Below the pieces are notes generated by a model, which saw only the letters and a program-made list of their open reading frames with translations, made no database searches and had not been told where the DNA came from. Shown in pieces: positions 59,820-64,000 of a DNA stretch of 64,000 bases. This DNA is from an uncultured bacterium. GTDB lineage: Bacteria; Omnitrophota; Omnitrophia; Omnitrophales; Aquincolibacteriaceae. The stretch spans positions 19,777 to 83,776 of the forward strand of contig CAYZYT010000006.1 in assembly GCA_964482725.1 (NCBI GenBank), written 5' to 3'. The translations under genes and the position numbers were made by a program. How positions within the stretch are numbered: position 1 is the first letter of the stretch; every line of letters starts with the position of its first letter.

Positions 59820-60038
59820 TTATTTAACTCGAAAAGTAATTCTTCCCCGCGTCAAATCGTACGGAGAAAGCTCCATCTTCACTTTATCTCCCGGGAGGAT
59901 GCGGATGTAATGCATCCTCATCTTGCCCGAGATATGCGCCAACACCTTATGCCCGCTCTCAAGTTCGACGCGAAACATCGCGTTGGGCAAAGGTTCAATC
60001 ACAGTTCCTTCTACTTCAATTGCATCTTCTTTCGGCAT
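59820..60038 (-). CDS. infA: Translation initiation factor IF-1
   Basis: [24 protein letters not shown]. Confidence 0.98.
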   Translation of the reverse strand: MPKEDAIEVEGTVIEPLPNAMFRVELESGHKVLAHISGKMRMHYIRILPGDKVKMELSPYDLTRGRITFRVK

Positions 60039-60123
60039 CGCCTACCCTTGTCTTAAATTCTTATCTTAATGGGTGACAAGGGTTGCCCCAATTTCAAAAA
60101 TCTGAAATTGATAAGAATTGGGA

Positions 60124-60879
60124 CTAAAGAGCCTCATCGCCTGTTAAATTCATAAATCCATTTTCTATAAAAACGATCGTATCTTCGTAATGACTGGCGT
60201 TCTTGCGATCTTTCGTCACCACCGTCCAGCCATCCTCAAGCGTCTCGACCGCGTAATGCCCTTCCGTCACCATGGGCTCGATCGCGATCACTAATCCCGG
60301 TTCGATCTTGGCGCCCCGTCCGGATTTCCCGTAATTGGGAACCTGCGGGTCCTCGTGAAGTTGCCGGCCGATCCCATGCCCCGCATAGTCCCGCACCAGT
60401 TGAAACCCACGCCCTTCAACGAACCGCTGGATGGCTTCCGAAATATCCCCGATCCGCCAACCCGCTTTGTAAGCCGCAAGCGCTGCGTCCAGGGAATCTT
60501 TGGCCGTATTCATCAACGACTGTTTCTTCGGATCGATCGCACCCACCAACCAGGTCCTCGCTGCATCCGCGTAAAACCCGTTCCACTTGACCCCAATATC
60601 AAAACTGACCAGATCGCCCTCTTTCAAGCGCCTCGCATCCGGGATCCCATGCACCACAGCCTCATTGATGGAAATACAAGCGGTCTTCGGAAATCCCCTA
60701 TACCCTTTGAACGCCGGTTCCCCGCCATTCTCAAGAATCACTTTTTCTGCCGCGCGATCTAAGGCTTCCGTCGTAACACCCTCAACGATCATAGGCTTTA
60801 CGACCGAGAACACCTTCTTCAGGATCTTTCCCGCCTCCAGGATCAGTTGAATTTCGCGTTTCGATTTCAACTCGATCAT
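60124..60879 (-). CDS. map: Methionine aminopeptidase type I
   Basis: CISINEAVVHGIP, DAART, GHGIG..LHEDP, AIEPM. Confidence 0.95.
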   Translation of the reverse strand: MIELKSKREIQLILEAGKILKKVFSVVKPMIVEGVTTEALDRAAEKVILENGGEPAFKGYRGFPKTACISINEAVVHGIPDARRLKEGDLVSFDIGVKWNGFYADAARTWLVGAIDPKKQSLMNTAKDSLDAALAAYKAGWRIGDISEAIQRFVEGRGFQLVRDYAGHGIGRQLHEDPQVPNYGKSGRGAKIEPGLVIAIEPMVTEGHYAVETLEDGWTVVTKDRKNASHYEDTIVFIENGFMNLTGDEAL

Positions 60880-60885
60880 GCGTGT

Positions 60886-61536
60886 CTAGCGGATCTTTTC
60901 AAAGAGCTTTTCTAGGACTTTCTGGACCGACGGAGCATCGCCCTCTGCCGGAACGTCATGCAACAGCCCTTTGTTGCGATAGAACTCCACGAGCGGCTTC
61001 GTCGACTCGTGATAAACTTTAAGGCGGTTATGGATCGTCTCGGGTTCATCATCCTTACGGGTCGTCAACTTTTCGCCGTCCACGTCGCAGACCCCCTCTT
61101 TTTTCGGCGGCATGTTGCGAGCATGATAAATCTTCCCGCATTTAGGACAACCCCGCCGACCCGACAACCGGTCGACCAGTACTTTTTCGGACGCCATAAA
61201 ATTAATCACGGCTGCCAAGGAGATCTTTTCTTTCGCGAGAAACTTCTCCAGCGCCTCGGCTTGAACGATCGTCCGAGGATAACCGTCCAGAATAAAACCT
61301 TTGGAGCTTTTTAATCCCCGGATCTCGTCGAACATCATGTTGTTCACAAGTTCGTCAGAGACGAGTTCGCCGCGCTCCATCACGGCCTTTGCCTGCAACC
61401 CAAGCGGCGTACCTTCTTTAACATTCTTTCTTAAAATATCTCCTGCTGCCAACTGAAGAACACCATATTTTTCACAAACAACCTTCGCGTGCGTTCCCTT
61501 CCCAGCTCCGGGAGGCCCCAAAAAGATCAGATTCAT
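60886..61536 (-). CDS. adk: Adenylate kinase
   Basis: GPPGAGKGT, LDGYPR, Zn-type lid CPKC..CDVD. Confidence 0.96.
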   Translation of the reverse strand: MNLIFLGPPGAGKGTHAKVVCEKYGVLQLAAGDILRKNVKEGTPLGLQAKAVMERGELVSDELVNNMMFDEIRGLKSSKGFILDGYPRTIVQAEALEKFLAKEKISLAAVINFMASEKVLVDRLSGRRGCPKCGKIYHARNMPPKKEGVCDVDGEKLTTRKDDEPETIHNRLKVYHESTKPLVEFYRNKGLLHDVPAEGDAPSVQKVLEKLFEKIR

Positions 61537-62888
61537 TAACGACGCCCTTTCAAGCGGCCCCGCTTAATAAAACCGTCATAGTGCCGCATCACCAACTGAG
61601 ATTCAACGGATTTCATCACGTCCAGCACCACGCCGACAATGATGAGAAGCCCTGTTCCGCCGAAAAAACTCGCGATCAAAAACGGGATGTTCAGCACATG
61701 CGGCGATGAGACGATCTTCGGGAAAAGTGCGATCAAAGCCAAAATCACGGCTCCCGCCGTCGCGATCCTTGTCATCAAATAGTCCAGGTATTCTGCCGTA
61801 TTCTTTCCCGGCCGGATCCCGGGCACGAAACCCCCGTATTTCTGGAGATTGTCGCTCACTTCAATCGGATTAAACGTAATCGCCGTGTAAAAGAACGTAA
61901 AAAATACGATGAGAAGCGCATCCAAGGCCATATAGCCTCCGCTCCCGTAACTGATCGCCTGGGCGATCCGAGTGAACGCTCCGGCATTCGGGAAAAAACC
62001 CGCGATCGTCGCCGGAAATAAAATCACCGACTGTGCGAAAATGATCGGGATGACACCCGCCTGGTTCACTTTGAGCGGTAAATAGGTGCTTTGCCCGCCA
62101 TAGGTCCTATGCCCCCGGATCTGCTTCGCGTACTGGACCGGGATCTTCCGCTGTCCTTGAATGATCAGGATCAGAAAAATCACCGCGCCCACGAAAAGAC
62201 CGCACATGATCACAAATTTCCACCACGCGAGCTGCTGGCGCGACGGATCAAGCGGTGAAAGCAGGACCCAAGTCTGGCGCAGCGCTTCCGGAAGTGATTC
62301 GATGATACCCGCGGTAATGATAATCGACATACCGTTGCCGATGCCATAATTATCGATCTGCTCGCCGAGCCACATGATGAATGCCGTACCCGTGGTCATC
62401 GTGAGCATACACATCAAACGGAAACTCCATCCCGGGTCCGGCACGATCACCGTCCCACCGAAAGCCGCTGGATTTTCTAGCCAAAGAGCGATAAAGAACG
62501 TCTGCAGAATACTCAGGACAATCGTCCCGTAACGCGTGTATTGAATGATCTTCTTACGGCCTTCCTCGCCTTCTTTTGCGAGTTTTTCCAAAGCCGGGAT
62601 CACCACAGTCAAAAGCTGTAAAATGATCGATGCCGAAATATAAGGCATGATCCCCAAGGCGAAGATGGTTGCTTTCTGGAGCGCGCCGCCGGTGAACATC
62701 CCCATAAAACCCAAAAGGGATCCGCCCGACATATGCTGCTGGAAAAATCTTGCGAGCGCAACGCCGTCGATCCCCGGGGTCGGAATATAAGTCCCCACGC
62801 GATATACTGCGATGATCGCGAGCGTAAAAAGGATCTTCTTACGTAGGTCTGGGATCTTTAGGATGTTTGCGAACGCTTGTAGCACCAA
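61536..62888 (-). CDS. secY: Preprotein translocase SecY
   Basis: FALGIMPYISASII, WLGEQI..GIGNG, GVIPIIFA, PGIRPG, GGTGLLI. Confidence 0.98.
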   Translation of the reverse strand: MVLQAFANILKIPDLRKKILFTLAIIAVYRVGTYIPTPGIDGVALARFFQQHMSGGSLLGFMGMFTGGALQKATIFALGIMPYISASIILQLLTVVIPALEKLAKEGEEGRKKIIQYTRYGTIVLSILQTFFIALWLENPAAFGGTVIVPDPGWSFRLMCMLTMTTGTAFIMWLGEQIDNYGIGNGMSIIITAGIIESLPEALRQTWVLLSPLDPSRQQLAWWKFVIMCGLFVGAVIFLILIIQGQRKIPVQYAKQIRGHRTYGGQSTYLPLKVNQAGVIPIIFAQSVILFPATIAGFFPNAGAFTRIAQAISYGSGGYMALDALLIVFFTFFYTAITFNPIEVSDNLQKYGGFVPGIRPGKNTAEYLDYLMTRIATAGAVILALIALFPKIVSSPHVLNIPFLIASFFGGTGLLIIVGVVLDVMKSVESQLVMRHYDGFIKRGRLKGRR

Positions 62889-62901
62889 AACTCCGTTCTT
62901 T

Positions 62902-63333
62902 TTATTTTTCGAGCAGAACGGCTTGACCGCCCACAGACTCGATCTTAGTCTTCGCGGAAGCGCTGAAAAAATTAGCCTTCACGGTCACAGCCTTTTTCAG
63001 TTCCCCGGAACCGAGGACTTTCAAACCGTCATGAAGCTCCTTAATGACATTCTTCGCCAGTAAAAGCTCCGGCGTGATTTCCTTATCGTCGAGCTTTGCT
63101 AGCGTTTGAAGATTCACGATCGCATAAACCTTCTTGAACGCCTTACGATTGAAACCCCGCTTCGGGAGACGGCGGTAAAGAGGATTCTGTCCGCCTTCAA
63201 ACCCCGGATTCAGCGCAAACCCCGAACGCGCTCTTTGCCCTTTGTGTCCCTTGGTTGAAGTCTTCCCGTGACCGGAACCGATCCCGCAACCCAAACGTTT
63301 CGGACGCTTTTTATAAGGAGTTTTGTGTCTCAT
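62902..63333 (-). CDS. rplO: 50S ribosomal protein L15
   Basis: [25 protein letters not shown]. Confidence 0.96.
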   Translation of the reverse strand: MRHKTPYKKRPKRLGCGIGSGHGKTSTKGHKGQRARSGFALNPGFEGGQNPLYRRLPKRGFNRKAFKKVYAIVNLQTLAKLDDKEITPELLLAKNVIKELHDGLKVLGSGELKKAVTVKANFFSASAKTKIESVGGQAVLLEK

Positions 63334-63899
63334 GACGCTTTTTCTCTTTCGACGTCGTAACGAACCTTGCGGTCCACAAGCGCGGTCAAACCATCGATCG
63401 TGGCCTTCAGAACGTTAATGGAATTATCGCTGCCAAGACTCTTTGTCAAAATATCCTTGATCCCGCAGGCCTCACACGCCGCACGCACCGAGCCGCCTGC
63501 AATAATCCCCGTACCGGGGGAAGCAGGTTTCAAAAGCACTTTCGCCGCCCCGTAGCGCCCGATCACCTCGTGAGGGATCGTCGTTCCTTTGAGCGTGATC
63601 TTAATGATGTTCTTGCGAGCCGCGACAAGGGCCTTGCGGATCGCATCCGCGACCTCATTGGCCTTGCCCTGCGCATAGCCCAGCTGAGCGATTCCGCTCC
63701 CTACCACCACCAAGGCGCTGAATGAAAACCGTTTTCCTCCTTTGACGACCTTGGCGCAACGATTCACCTGAATAACTTTTTCGTAACTTGTCGAACCGTC
63801 GGCCGACATGGAAGGCGTTCGGGAAGACCGCGAAGGAGCCTGAGGACCCCTCGGACCCGCTTTATGCTGTGTTTTCGGCGCTACGGCTGTTTTTTCCAT
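63330..63899 (-). CDS. rpsE: 30S ribosomal protein S5
   Basis: [27 protein letters not shown]. Confidence 0.96.
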   Translation of the reverse strand: MEKTAVAPKTQHKAGPRGPQAPSRSSRTPSMSADGSTSYEKVIQVNRCAKVVKGGKRFSFSALVVVGSGIAQLGYAQGKANEVADAIRKALVAARKNIIKITLKGTTIPHEVIGRYGAAKVLLKPASPGTGIIAGGSVRAACEACGIKDILTKSLGSDNSINVLKATIDGLTALVDRKVRYDVEREKAS

Positions 63900-63928
63900 G
63901 CTGCGTGGATTTCCTTTCGGTGACTAAT

Positions 63929-64000
63929 TTAAAATTGAATGCCGTTCTTACGAATCGCTTCAGCCAAAGCCTTCACGCGTCCATGGTAAAGATAGCCGCC
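63929..64000 (-). CDS. rplR: 50S ribosomal protein L18, C-terminal fragment
   Basis: GGYLYHGRVKALAEAIRKNGIQF*. Confidence 0.92.
   Translation of the reverse strand, partial: GGYLYHGRVKALAEAIRKNGIQF

Overview
A roughly 55% GC bacterial chromosome segment. Every credible gene lies on the minus strand; long plus-strand ORFs are antisense shadows. Gene content and order suggest a diderm, probably anaerobic PVC-type organism such as Candidatus Omnitrophota (inference only). Reading in transcription direction (64000 to 1): the end of the spc/alpha ribosomal operons (rplR' to rplQ, without rpmD); aspC, a short mfd, surA-like, pdxA, rsmA, polyprenyl synthetase, rsmI, purN; TMEM175, radical SAM, arfB-like, eno, ftsB-like; a secreted hydrolase-fold protein; ilvBNC-leuA; aroE-pilD-aroC-aroK-aroB; ORF6N, dprA, a small GIY-YIG gene, RDD, a hypothetical gene, topA, xerC; a large LPS cluster (waaA, lpxK, LpxL-ELM1 fusion, GT4-GT9 fusion, four GT9s); 4Fe-4S protein, DUF3108, DUF1846, FmdB-like; rfaE-kdsB-pyrG-kdsA-kdsD-lpxL-lptC/A-lptB-hpf-ptsN-yvcK-ptsH'. 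No rRNA, tRNA or CRISPR was seen. The unusual signal is in the non-coding DNA. (1) A 363-bp element (30021-30383) has a 96-aa GIY-YIG nuclease gene between two inward-facing GTCAT-tagged hairpins (A and B). Gene-less A+B doublets occur at 13819-13880 (apparently in frame in a gene) and 25339-25416. This is a candidate REP/RAYT-like system with a GIY-YIG enzyme. (2) At least eight inverted heptamer arrays, mostly unrelated in sequence but identical in architecture, plus 6-, 8- and 9-mer variants. One octamer array brackets the GIY-YIG element. (3) Also a minimal Mfd, a candidate two-state RNA leader and a recurrent 25-bp promoter-proximal dyad.
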